Shown: in pieces, positions 19,982-29,080 of the stretch
Position numbering within the stretch: the first letter of the stretch is position 1
Layout of the letters: each line of letters opens with the position of its first letter
Source: Candidatus Multivoradales bacterium
Lineage (GTDB): Bacteria > Acidobacteriota > Thermoanaerobaculia > Multivoradales > JAHEKO01
DNA length: 64,000 bases
Direction of reading: 5' to 3'
NCBI GenBank assembly: GCA_965223155.1
Contig: CBDCVR010000015.1
Span: 832,001 to 896,000 of the forward strand
Position numbers and translations under genes: made by a program
Notes under the pieces: model-generated
The model's input: the letters and a program-made list of their open reading frames with translations, nothing else
The model's database searches: none
What the model was told of the DNA's origin: nothing

Positions 19982-21493
19982 TTGAAATCGAACCGACCAT
20001 CGAATGCACCCTCAGGCGCAATACACGCGGACCTGTTGGGAGGCGACGAGATTCTTCAATACCGACCTCGCCGGCTCCGTACGTCCGAGCTCAATTACGA
20101 CCTTTCTTGCCAAGGACTCTTGGACCAGGCCGCGTTTGGCCCCTTCCCAGTCGTCGATATCTCGACCACGGGCCTCGCGCTACAGGGAGGTGACAGCTCA
20201 GTTCTGCCCCCGGGGTCTGAGATCTCGTCGCTTCAGCTGCTACACGGAGAATCGATCATCTGGGAAGGACTCGGTGTCTGCGTGTATCAGGTCCAGGACC
20301 CTTCGCCCCGCGTCGGCCTACGCTTCACGTCCGGACTTCTCGACCTGCACCTAATCAAGGTCGCTGATTCAATCGAAACTCGCTTGGAAGCGCTCCTGAC
20401 GGAGCGCCAGGAGACCAGCTCAGCTCTTCCCGCTGCTTGGCGAGTAGCCGTTTCCGATCTTCGCGGACTCCTTGAAGACGTGCAACAGGTACTCGAGGTA
20501 GCCGACGAGAGCTTCGACTACGATTCATCCAGCTTTGTCGAAGACCGAAAGGCCCTTTTCGAACGAGTCTTCGAGAAATGGGCCCCGGCGTTCTACGGGC
20601 AACAGGAATTACTCTTTCGACTGTCCGAGGAGCTCGAGGAAAAAACCCGCGAGCGAGCTCAGGCTTTCGCTTCTCGCGAGATCATGCCCCTCGTCTACTT
20701 GAGCCCCATGTACCGGCGGGCTTTCGACAAGCCCCTTGGTTACGCCGGCGACTACCGACTGATCGAAATGTACTTCGAGGATCTGTACTCCGGAAAGACA
20801 CTCTTCGCTCAGTTCCTCCAATTGCTGGCGCAGCGTTACCCGCTTGGGAAGACGGTTCGAGACCGCGAATCCTTGATGCGTAGCAAGGTCTCCCGAACGA
20901 TCAGGCGCCGCGACAACCCGCGAATCGTCGCCCTTGCCTGCGGACCCGCCCTAGAACTAAAGAACGTCATCCTCGAACTCGCCTCCGGCGAACACTCGTG
21001 CGAGTTCGTTTTCGTAGATCAAGACGAACAGGCGATGAACTTCGCCCACAGTTCTCTGAGTAGGTCGCTTATGGGCGTCGGGCAGGCGGCTCAGCTGGCG
21101 TACCGCCTCAACGGGCTTCATATTTCCGTCAAACAGATCCTGAAACCGGCGGATGATGGAGAAGCGGAGTTCGTTCGTTCGGCACTTGGGGAAGCGGACT
21201 TGATCTACGCCGCCGGGCTGTACGACTACTTGCCTCAACCGGTAGCGACCGCCCTTACACAAAGGCTCTATGGCCTCTTGGCGCCTGGTGGAGAGCTGTT
21301 CGTTGGCAACCTGAAGCGCTGCCCCGTCTCCACCTGGATCATGGAATACGTCCTCGCCTGGCACCTTCAGTACCGGACGGAGTCGGACATGGAAGCGCTG
21401 GCCCTTGCGTTGCGGCCCACCCCCTCTACCTACCGTCTTTCGGTCGATGCTATGGACCGCTGCGTTTTCCTTGAAGTCCATCGGCCCGAGTAG
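19982..21493 (+). CDS. PhcB-like class I SAM-dependent methyltransferase with N-terminal PilZ-like region
   Basis: KPLGYAGDY, ALACGP, VDQD, IYAAGLYDYL, LAPGGELFVGN; N-terminal RPRRLR...DISTTG...VGLRF. Confidence 0.72.
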   Translation: MKSNRPSNAPSGAIHADLLGGDEILQYRPRRLRTSELNYDLSCQGLLDQAAFGPFPVVDISTTGLALQGGDSSVLPPGSEISSLQLLHGESIIWEGLGVCVYQVQDPSPRVGLRFTSGLLDLHLIKVADSIETRLEALLTERQETSSALPAAWRVAVSDLRGLLEDVQQVLEVADESFDYDSSSFVEDRKALFERVFEKWAPAFYGQQELLFRLSEELEEKTRERAQAFASREIMPLVYLSPMYRRAFDKPLGYAGDYRLIEMYFEDLYSGKTLFAQFLQLLAQRYPLGKTVRDRESLMRSKVSRTIRRRDNPRIVALACGPALELKNVILELASGEHSCEFVFVDQDEQAMNFAHSSLSRSLMGVGQAAQLAYRLNGLHISVKQILKPADDGEAEFVRSALGEADLIYAAGLYDYLPQPVATALTQRLYGLLAPGGELFVGNLKRCPVSTWIMEYVLAWHLQYRTESDMEALALALRPTPSTYRLSVDAMDRCVFLEVHRPE

Positions 21494-21508
21494 CTTGAGC
21501 GTCGCGGA

Positions 21509-22423
21509 ATGACCAAGTCCCCAACCACGCGCCTGCCGGGATGGGCCTATCGGCGAGAGCGTCGTGTGACCCTCGTCGCCGTTGTGCTGCCGTTCTTGGG
21601 CTTCGTCGGCGGAACCCTCGCCTTTTGGAAGCGCGGGCTGGATCTCTCGGACCTGGTGCTCTTTGGAGTCTTCTACGTGCTCACCGCCCTCGGAGTCACG
21701 ATCGGTTTCCACCGTCTCTTTTCGCACCGCAGCTTCAAGACCGCCCGCCCGATTCGGGTCGTTCTCGCGGTCTTCGGATCCATGGCCGTTCAGGGACCGA
21801 TTATTCGCTGGGTTGCCGATCATCGCCGCCATCATCAATTCAGCGACCACGAAGGCGACCCGCATTCGCCCCACTTGCAAGAAGGCACCGGCTATCTGAC
21901 GATGCTCCGCAATCTCTGGTACGCCCACGTCGGCTGGCTCTTCGACCGGGACAAGACCTCCATCCGGATCTACGCCGCTGACCTCCTTCACGATGGGCTC
22001 GTACGGTCCGTCGACCGGCACTACGCGGCCTGGCTGGTCCTCAGCCTCGCCGCTCCGGCGCTGGCGGGGTGGGCCTTGACCTCGAGTCTGACGGGCGCGC
22101 TTTCGGCGTTCCTGTTTGCCGGACTCGCTCGTATCTTTGTCCTGCAACACGTGACCTGGAGTGTGAACTCCATCTGCCACTACTTCGGCAGCCAGCCCTT
22201 CGCCACCGAGGACGAGAGCCGGAACAACTGGGTCATGGCTTTGCTTGCGCTGGGTGAGGGATGGCACAACAATCATCACGCCTTCCCCGGTTCGGCTCGG
22301 CAGGGGCTCAGATGGTGGCAGTTCGATCCCAGCTATCTCGTGATCGTGCTCCTCGAGAAGCTGGGTCTGGCCGAGCGCGTGAAGACGGTCTCGCCGGCCG
22401 CCATGACTCGTAAGGCCCGCTAG
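21509..22423 (+). CDS. Acyl-CoA (delta-9 type) fatty acid desaturase
   Basis: His boxes [20 protein letters not shown]. Confidence 0.93.
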   Translation: MTKSPTTRLPGWAYRRERRVTLVAVVLPFLGFVGGTLAFWKRGLDLSDLVLFGVFYVLTALGVTIGFHRLFSHRSFKTARPIRVVLAVFGSMAVQGPIIRWVADHRRHHQFSDHEGDPHSPHLQEGTGYLTMLRNLWYAHVGWLFDRDKTSIRIYAADLLHDGLVRSVDRHYAAWLVLSLAAPALAGWALTSSLTGALSAFLFAGLARIFVLQHVTWSVNSICHYFGSQPFATEDESRNNWVMALLALGEGWHNNHHAFPGSARQGLRWWQFDPSYLVIVLLEKLGLAERVKTVSPAAMTRKAR

Positions 22424-22604
22424 GCCCGTACCGGTACCCGCCCGGATTTCCCTCCGACGCGGTACCGCAAGCCTCCGACTTGCGAAACAATCGGGGCGCC
22501 ATGGTCCTGCGCCCCACGAAGCAAACGATCGTCGCGGCCCCATCCCGGCCCGCCAAGCTCGACGTGCGGCTCGGCCGCTTTTCGCCGCAAGGTCGGTCCC
22601 TGAC

Positions 22605-23504
22605 ATGAAGATAGGCGTATTGTCGCTGAGGTCTTCGCTCTATTCGACCCGGCGGCTGGTCACCGCCGCGCGCGAGCGCGGCCACGACGCGTCGGTCATC
22701 AACTATCTGCGCTGCTACATGGACATCACTTCGCGCAGGCCCTCGGTCCTGTACGCCGGCCACCGCCTCAAGTTCGACGCAATCATCCCTCGGATCGGAG
22801 CAACCTACACGTTCTATGGAACCGCCGTGGTCCGCCAGTTCGAGATGATGAACGTTCTGGCCGCGAACGACTCGATGGCGATCAGCCGATCCCGTGACAA
22901 GTTGCGCTCGCTCCAGCTCTTGGCGCGTGAGGGTCTCGGGCTGCCGGTGACGAGCTTTGCCCATTCCACCAAGGACATAGACGGGTTGATCGAGATCGTC
23001 GGCGGCACCCCGCTGCTAGTCAAGCTTCTGGAGGGAACCCAAGGAGTCGGGGTCGTCTTGGCCGAGACCAAGAGCGCCGCCCGTTCCGTAATGGAGGCTT
23101 TTCGCCAGCTCGACGCCAATATCCTGGTCCAGCAGTTCATCAAGGAGGCCAAGGGCGCCGACATCCGGGCTTTCGTCGTCGGCGGCAAGGTGATCGCCGC
23201 GATGAAGCGCCAGGCGCCTCCGGGGGAGTTTCGGTCCAACCTCCATCGCGGCGGAACCGCCGTCAAGATCAAACTCAGTGAAGAGGAGCGACGCACCGCG
23301 GTCAAGGCCGCGGCCACCCTCGGATTGAACGTCGCCGGCGTCGACATGCTGCAATCCGGGCACGGGCCGGTGGTCATCGAGGTCAACTCCTCTCCGGGGC
23401 TCGAAGGCATCGAGGCGGCCAGCGGCAAAGACGTGGCCGGGGCCATCATCCAGTTCTTGGAACGGCAGCACCGCCGGGGACGACGACGTGGCGTCCGAGC
23501 CTAA
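22605..23504 (+). CDS. rimK: RimK family alpha-L-glutamate ligase (ATP-grasp)
   Basis: [51 protein letters not shown]. Confidence 0.93.
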   Translation: MKIGVLSLRSSLYSTRRLVTAARERGHDASVINYLRCYMDITSRRPSVLYAGHRLKFDAIIPRIGATYTFYGTAVVRQFEMMNVLAANDSMAISRSRDKLRSLQLLAREGLGLPVTSFAHSTKDIDGLIEIVGGTPLLVKLLEGTQGVGVVLAETKSAARSVMEAFRQLDANILVQQFIKEAKGADIRAFVVGGKVIAAMKRQAPPGEFRSNLHRGGTAVKIKLSEEERRTAVKAAATLGLNVAGVDMLQSGHGPVVIEVNSSPGLEGIEAASGKDVAGAIIQFLERQHRRGRRRGVRA

Positions 23505-24453
23505 GCCCTTCAAGATCGGAGGCCACAAGGTCTCCCCAGGCAAGCGCAAGCGCCTGTCCCTCGATCTCGCTCGCCTGCCCACGGGAGACTGGCTCTCTCT
23601 CCACGTCGTGGTGCTCCACGGCGCCTTGCCCGGTCCGGCACTGTGGATGGACGCCGCCGTCCATGGCGACGAGCTAAACGGCCTCGAGATCATTCATCGA
23701 GTCTTGGACGCGCTCGACCCGAAGACGCTCTCCGGCACGGTTGTCGCGGTCCCGATCGTCAACGTCTTCGGCTTCGTCCAGCAGACACGCTACCTACCCG
23801 ACCGGAGAGACCTGAATCGCAGCTTTCCGGGTTCCTCGCGCGGTTCTCTGGCGTCACGAATCGCGCATCTCTTCATGCGCGAGATCGTCTCGCGGTGCGA
23901 CTACGGTCTCGACTTTCACACCGGCTCGAACCACCGCACCAACCTGCCCCAGGTTCGCGCCGACATCTCCGACCCGGAGACCCGCAGGCTGGCCCTGGCC
24001 TTTGGCGCCCCCCTTATGTACCGTGCCAAGCGCATCAAGGGCTCGCTACGCTCCGCGGCTGGCAAGGCTGGGGTCAAGATCTTGGTCTACGAAGCCGGAG
24101 AGCCGCTCCGTTTCGAGGAGAATGCCATCGAGCTCGGCGTCCAGGGGACGCTCCGCGTCCTGGAGATGGTCGGCATCGCCAAGACCCGTACGCCGGGCGA
24201 GGCTGCATCTTTCGAGGCGAAGTCCACGCGCTGGGTCCGCGCGCCCCGCAGCGGCATCCTGCACCTGTCGGCCGATCTCGGAAAACCCGTCCGCAAGGGC
24301 GAGCTGCTGGGGGTCATCTCGGATCCCCTGGGGAGCCGGAAACGCAAGTTCCGCGCCCCGGCCACGGGGATCGTCATGGGCTACACCAACAATCCCCTGG
24401 TCCATCGCGGCGATGCCGTGGTCCACATTGCCACGGCTCCGGACGACGTCTAG
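23488..24453 (+). CDS. Succinylglutamate desuccinylase/aspartoacylase family (M14-like) protein
   Basis: [25 protein letters not shown]; commonly paired with rimK. Confidence 0.88.
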   Translation: MASEPKPFKIGGHKVSPGKRKRLSLDLARLPTGDWLSLHVVVLHGALPGPALWMDAAVHGDELNGLEIIHRVLDALDPKTLSGTVVAVPIVNVFGFVQQTRYLPDRRDLNRSFPGSSRGSLASRIAHLFMREIVSRCDYGLDFHTGSNHRTNLPQVRADISDPETRRLALAFGAPLMYRAKRIKGSLRSAAGKAGVKILVYEAGEPLRFEENAIELGVQGTLRVLEMVGIAKTRTPGEAASFEAKSTRWVRAPRSGILHLSADLGKPVRKGELLGVISDPLGSRKRKFRAPATGIVMGYTNNPLVHRGDAVVHIATAPDDV

Positions 24454-24517
24454 CTCGCCCGGTCGTCGCACCAGGAAGCCCGCGGGCGCGGCCCGAAGCA
24501 CCTCCTCCTCGGGGCCG

Positions 24518-25834
24518 CTAGAGCGAAGTTCCGGCCTCTCCCGCCAAGCTGGAAAGAGCGCTCTCGAAGCCGGCGATGAGCTCTCCGGGATCGGGAATCA
24601 GGCCTCTGTCGACCGCGAGACCCAAGCGCACCCTGCCGTCGTAACTCAGGATGCTCACTCCCAGGCCGAGCCGCCCGGATTGCGGCACCCAGAACATCAT
24701 GTCGTCGACGGCGCGGCCGCAGATCGCGAGCGGCCGTCTCGGACCGGGCACGTTCGTCATGACTGCCGTGGCATTCTTGCTGAGCAGGTTCACGACGCGC
24801 CGATGGAGCCCGGCGTGGGTCGAGCCCAGGGCCCTCAGCACGGCGTAGACGACGAAGGCCTCGGGCGAGCGCTTGAGTCGATCCATGCGCTCCTTGACCG
24901 CGCGCACGCGGGCGATTCGCTTCCCGACTCCCACCGGCAGCGACAGATAGACAAGACCGAACTGGTTGCCGAGCTCGGTATCGGACGGAGGCCGCAGGTT
25001 GACCGGAATGACCGCCCGTAAGTCCCGCACGGGGAGTCCCTGGGCGCGCTTCTCGAGGTACGAGCGCAGGGTCTCGGTGACTGCCGCGGTAAGCACGTCG
25101 TTGATGGTCGCCTCCAGTCTTCGGCCGATGTCTTTGACGGTCGCAAGCGGAATCTCGTTCGACCAGACCGCGAGCTTGTCCACGCCCAGCGGTCCCTTGA
25201 ACGCTGTTGCCGGGTCGGCTCGCATCGAGAGCAGCCGCGCCAGCGCGCCCGCGGCGTGGCCGCCCGCCTTGACCGCCGCGACGATTCTCCGGGCCGAGGG
25301 AATGCTCTCGTGATCGTCGCCTGCTTGGGCCAGCCCGACCTGGGCGATACCGTCTTCCGTCTCGGCGGGATCGGTCATGCCCAGGAGGACCTGCATCAGC
25401 GACATGCCGTCGCCGATGCAGTGGTGGATCCTGGCAACCAAGGCCGAACCGCCCCGGAAGTCCTCGACGTAGCGGAACCTCCAGAGCGGGCGGTCGAAGG
25501 CCAAGGGCGTCGACATCTCCGAACTCACCAGTGTCTGGAGCTCGGCTTTGCTGGTGCGATCCTCCAACCGGGTGTCTAGAACGTGCTTTGAAAGATCGAA
25601 GTCGGTCTCGATCCAGGCCGGCTTGCCCAGCTTGCCCGCCGGGTCGCGAACACACATCCGGAAACGCTCGTGCGGAAGCAGCGTGTCTTCGATCCGGCCC
25701 AGAAACTCGTCCCGCGGCAGCCGTTCGGCCAAAGTCATGACCGAAGTGATCGTCATGAGATTGGTTGCATCCTCCATGCGCAACCAAGCGCTGTCGGCCG
25801 CGGTTAGCGGGTTCGCTTCGAAACGATCGGTCAT
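24518..25834 (-). CDS. Wax ester synthase/diacylglycerol acyltransferase (WS/DGAT)
   Basis: HHCIGDG catalytic motif, RPLW, TINDVL, TNVPGP; start taken at ATG 25834. Confidence 0.92.
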   Translation of the reverse strand: MTDRFEANPLTAADSAWLRMEDATNLMTITSVMTLAERLPRDEFLGRIEDTLLPHERFRMCVRDPAGKLGKPAWIETDFDLSKHVLDTRLEDRTSKAELQTLVSSEMSTPLAFDRPLWRFRYVEDFRGGSALVARIHHCIGDGMSLMQVLLGMTDPAETEDGIAQVGLAQAGDDHESIPSARRIVAAVKAGGHAAGALARLLSMRADPATAFKGPLGVDKLAVWSNEIPLATVKDIGRRLEATINDVLTAAVTETLRSYLEKRAQGLPVRDLRAVIPVNLRPPSDTELGNQFGLVYLSLPVGVGKRIARVRAVKERMDRLKRSPEAFVVYAVLRALGSTHAGLHRRVVNLLSKNATAVMTNVPGPRRPLAICGRAVDDMMFWVPQSGRLGLGVSILSYDGRVRLGLAVDRGLIPDPGELIAGFESALSSLAGEAGTSL

Positions 25835-25856
25835 CGCAGCGTGCCGGAGGCGATGC

Positions 25857-26228
25857 CTATTCTTCTTCGTCGCCGGCGGCCGCAACGAGTCCCTCGCCGG
25901 CCTCGGAAAGCAGAGCTTCGGCCGCCTCCCGGCTGGAGGCTGGAACGCGTACGACGGCCGCTAGCAGCCGCGGATCGTCGTCGCCGCCCATCGCGCCCAG
26001 AGGATAGAGGCCTCCGAGGGTTTCGCCTCCCTGGACCAAGAAGCGAATTCCGGCGCCGCTCAGAACCGACTCGACCACGGGCAGGAGCGAAGCATCCGCG
26101 GTCCGCAGAACTTCGACGAAGCGCTCGCCGCGCTCCGGCTCCGGCTTCGTTGAGCTCAACGGTACCGAGCAGTCCGGACACATCCGAATCTCGTCTCGAA
26201 ACTCACCACCGCATGAGGGACAGTACAT
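25857..26228 (-). CDS. Zinc-ribbon plus DUF2007-like putative signal-transducing protein
   Basis: MYCPSC..E.R.....CPDC..L followed by SVLSGAGIRFLVQGG; start ATG 26228. Confidence 0.75.
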   Translation of the reverse strand: MYCPSCGGEFRDEIRMCPDCSVPLSSTKPEPERGERFVEVLRTADASLLPVVESVLSGAGIRFLVQGGETLGGLYPLGAMGGDDDPRLLAAVVRVPASSREAAEALLSEAGEGLVAAAGDEEE

Positions 26229-26604
26229 CGCTTGCAACCTTTCCGTTGAGGGCGAGCGCCGACAGCATCTCGCGCGCAGCCTCCTTGTTGGTGACGACCC
26301 AGTACCAGACGCTGACGACGAAGAAATAGAGGGCGCCGAGCGCCATTCCCAAGAAAACCAGGTAGTGGCCGAGCCGGCTCGTGCGACCGAACGGAACCAG
26401 CAGCCCGGCATAGACACCCAGGGTCAGCAGAAGGGAAAAATACGTGTAGTAGTAGCCTTCCTTGGTCACCAGCTCCGTAGCGAAAAAAAAGCTGATGTTG
26501 AGGACAATCAGCAAGTTGTTGAGCCGCGCCAGGTTCGCCCAGTAGACAGCGTATCGCGCTCCGAAGTCCTCGCGGACGCGCTGCCGGAAGGTGTCTTCGG
26601 CCAT
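26203..26604 (-). CDS. Hypothetical membrane protein (about 3 TM)
   Basis: Hydrophobic ORF filling the gap between co-oriented genes; no family recognised. Confidence 0.55.
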   Translation of the reverse strand: MAEDTFRQRVREDFGARYAVYWANLARLNNLLIVLNISFFFATELVTKEGYYYTYFSLLLTLGVYAGLLVPFGRTSRLGHYLVFLGMALGALYFFVVSVWYWVVTNKEAAREMLSALALNGKVASDVLSLMRW

Positions 26605-26629
26605 ATCCAAAGGAAATGTTAGCAGCCGC

Positions 26630-28687
26630 CTAGGCGGCATCCGAGCGCACGACCCATACCAGGCCGGCCACGGCGAGCACCGTGCAGAGTCCGGCGGGAC
26701 CGGGCGCGCCGAGGATCCAGAAGCCGATTCCAAAGAGGCTGCCGAAGACCACGACCAGGCCGGCCGCGAAACGGGTCAGCATCGCACCGGCCCGATCCGG
26801 CGAGGAATCGACATACGGGCGCCAGCCCGGACCCGCCGGACGCACCTTGCGAGCGAAGGCCTCGAGCACCCGCCGATCGTTCTGCGGTCCCCAGATCGCC
26901 GTCGGCAGCCACGCCGTCAGGCTCACCGCAGCGACGATGAGAATCTTCGCCCAGGCGGCGATCTCGGTCACGAAGAAGGGGTTGGTGCCTCCCAGGAGCC
27001 GCGGCGCGCCGCCGAGCTCGAGCCCTAGCGCGGTCAGTGTCGTGGCCCCAAGCGCGGCGAGCTCGGCATGGGCCGTCACTCGCGGCCAGTACCAGCGCAG
27101 GGCGGTTACACTGCCCAGGCCGGCGCCAAGGGTAATGAGAAAGCGCCACACCGTGGCGATGTTCTGGATGAAGAGCGCTGTACTGCCCGCCAGAACCGCG
27201 ATCAGCACGATCGCGATCCGGCTCGCCGTGACGTAGTGGGCCGGCGCGGCATCGCGCTTCACGAACCTCTGGTAGAGATCCCGGACAAGATACGACGCGC
27301 CCCAGTTGGTATGGGTGTCGATCGTGCTCATGAAGGCCGCCAGCAGGCTGGCGACGACCAGTCCCAGAATTCCGGAGGGCAAGTTCCTCCGCATCATGAG
27401 CGGATACGCCATCTCGCGATCGTCCAAGGTCAGGAGAATCGAGCCCAGCTCGAACCTCCGAACCGTCCCGCAGACGGCCTCGAGCGGCAGCTCGCCGCCA
27501 CCGCGCCAGCCGGACAGTTCGAACGGCGACCGGCCCGGCACAGGTTCTCCGCCGATCTCGAGGCGGCATGACGACGGCAGGCCGGTAACGACGAGCCGTG
27601 CGTCTCGTCCGAGATCGATCGGTCCGGGCGAGACGACAACTGTGGCCGCGCCCTCCGGAAGGGCCAGCTCGAAGCTCCGTTCCGGGAAACTCGTACCCTC
27701 CGTGAGCCCGGCCGGCTCCGCTCGCGGATAGACCACCAGCGCCGCCAGGGCGACCAGAATCCAGGGCCAGGGCCGGAGAGCGTTGTGGGCGATGGCGAAC
27801 CAAAGACTGGCACCCTGCGCTTCGCCCTCGCTTCGGCACGAGGCCAGACGCTGCACGATATAGCCCTGCCCCTCGGCCAGGCGCCACCAGCCGGCGACCA
27901 GAAGGACGACAAAGTAGATCCAGCTGATGGATCCCTCTCCGGAAGGCAGGAAGCCGAGAAGCTCCTGGGCTTCGGCGCTTCCCCCGACCGAGCTCTCGAG
28001 CGCTCCCAGCAGGCCCTCGCCGGACGTCGAAGCGGGTTCGCTCAGCGCGCCGACGCCGCCGAAGTCGGCCAGGACGAACCAAGCCAGCGCCAAGGCGCCG
28101 ACGACACCCATCGCGAACTGCACGAGATCGGTCACGACCACCGAGCGCAAGCCCCCGAGGGTCGTGTAGGCAACCGAGGCGATCAGACAGACGGCGATCA
28201 CGAACACCGGCTCGACCGAGAAGAAGGAGCGCGTGATCTTGACCATCGCGGCGATCACCCAGGCCATCGTCAAGCAGTTGACGAAGAGGCCGAAGTAGAT
28301 TGCCTTGAAGGCCCGGAGCACTGCGGCCGCGCGGCCGCCGTAGCGCAGCTCCACAATCTCCGCGTCCGTCAGCACACCCGACCGGCGCCAGAGCCGGGCG
28401 AAGAAGAACGTCGCCGCCAGGTGAGCGATCGCCCAGTTCCACCAAATCCAATTGCCGCTGATGCCGTCGGCCGCGACCAAGCCGGTGACCGCCAGCGGCG
28501 TATCCGCCGCAAAGGTGGTAGCGACCATCGAGGTTCCGGCCAGCCACCAGGGGAGGTTCCGGCCGCCGAGGAAGAAGTTCTCGAGATCGGTGCTGGCCCG
28601 CCTGGAAAAATACGCTCCGACCGCGATAGCGCAAAGCAAGTACAGCCCGATAATCAGAAAATCGATGCCGACCAGGCCGGGACTCAT
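26630..28687 (-). CDS. Sodium:solute symporter (SSS) family, with extracytoplasmic insertion
   Basis: FFLGGRNLPWWLAGTSMVATTFAADTPL, AAFMSTIDT..NWGASY. Confidence 0.9.
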   Translation of the reverse strand: MSPGLVGIDFLIIGLYLLCAIAVGAYFSRRASTDLENFFLGGRNLPWWLAGTSMVATTFAADTPLAVTGLVAADGISGNWIWWNWAIAHLAATFFFARLWRRSGVLTDAEIVELRYGGRAAAVLRAFKAIYFGLFVNCLTMAWVIAAMVKITRSFFSVEPVFVIAVCLIASVAYTTLGGLRSVVVTDLVQFAMGVVGALALAWFVLADFGGVGALSEPASTSGEGLLGALESSVGGSAEAQELLGFLPSGEGSISWIYFVVLLVAGWWRLAEGQGYIVQRLASCRSEGEAQGASLWFAIAHNALRPWPWILVALAALVVYPRAEPAGLTEGTSFPERSFELALPEGAATVVVSPGPIDLGRDARLVVTGLPSSCRLEIGGEPVPGRSPFELSGWRGGGELPLEAVCGTVRRFELGSILLTLDDREMAYPLMMRRNLPSGILGLVVASLLAAFMSTIDTHTNWGASYLVRDLYQRFVKRDAAPAHYVTASRIAIVLIAVLAGSTALFIQNIATVWRFLITLGAGLGSVTALRWYWPRVTAHAELAALGATTLTALGLELGGAPRLLGGTNPFFVTEIAAWAKILIVAAVSLTAWLPTAIWGPQNDRRVLEAFARKVRPAGPGWRPYVDSSPDRAGAMLTRFAAGLVVVFGSLFGIGFWILGAPGPAGLCTVLAVAGLVWVVRSDAA

Positions 28688-28723
28688 CGAGGCACAGGGT
28701 ATCGCCTGGGGGCAGGCGAGCCC

Positions 28724-28756
28724 AAACGAAGAAAGCCCCGGTCGAGCGACCGGGGC
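28724..28756 (-). terminator. Intrinsic terminator
   Basis: 9-bp stem (plus strand GCCCCGGTC 28735-28743 / GACCGGGGC 28748-28756) with a 4-nt loop, followed by TTTCTTCGTTT on the minus strand. Confidence 0.75.
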
Positions 28757-28829
28757 CAGGTGGTTTGTTAGGTGGCGTTGGGCTTCCTAGTAGGGGCCCT
28801 TCCAGTGCGCCACGCGCGAAGAGGATTCC

Positions 28830-28874
28830 CTAAAGGGACGCCACCTCCATCAAACCGCGTTTCTCAGATACCAC
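28830..28874 (-). CDS. 14-codon small ORF MVSEKRGLMEVASL
   Basis: GTG start 7 nt after GGAGG within AGAAAGGAGGTGGTCCA; TAG stop at 28832-28830. Confidence 0.45.
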   Translation of the reverse strand: MVSEKRGLMEVASL

Positions 28875-28999
28875 TGGACCACCTCCTTTCTGGGCGAATC
28901 CGCAAACTGGCGGGACCCAAGTCCGCCCGATCCTCCCGACCGCCCAAGCCGTTTGGACCGCCGCGTCTCCAGTGCGAAGCCGCGGGCACGACTGGCTGC

Positions 29000-29028
29000 A
29001 TGTTGCAGCAAAGATTTTCCTCTGTCAA
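29000..29028 (-). promoter_or_regulatory. Putative sigma70 promoter for the small transcript
   Basis: TTGACA (29028-29023), 17-nt spacer, weak -10 CAACAT (29005-29000). Confidence 0.45.
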
Positions 29029-29080
29029 TCCTGGAATCTCCCTCCCTCATGCCGAGTTACGCCGACTTTGAGCAGGGCGA

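Larger units (their letters stand above)
28724..28993 (-). ncRNA. Candidate structured small RNA or sORF mRNA
   Basis: Bounded by a TTGACA-17-CAACAT promoter and an intrinsic terminator; contains an extended SD and nested inverted repeats; 5' end estimated. Confidence 0.5.

Noticed and set aside
22424-22604. A rimB-like protease gene upstream of rimK
   Set aside because: The gap is only about 180 bp and shows no such ORF.
28874-28891. Plus-strand match to the 16S rRNA 3' end, as a possible rRNA gene or fragment
   Set aside because: Only 18 nt match and the flanks have no 16S or ITS similarity; better explained as an extended SD on the minus strand.
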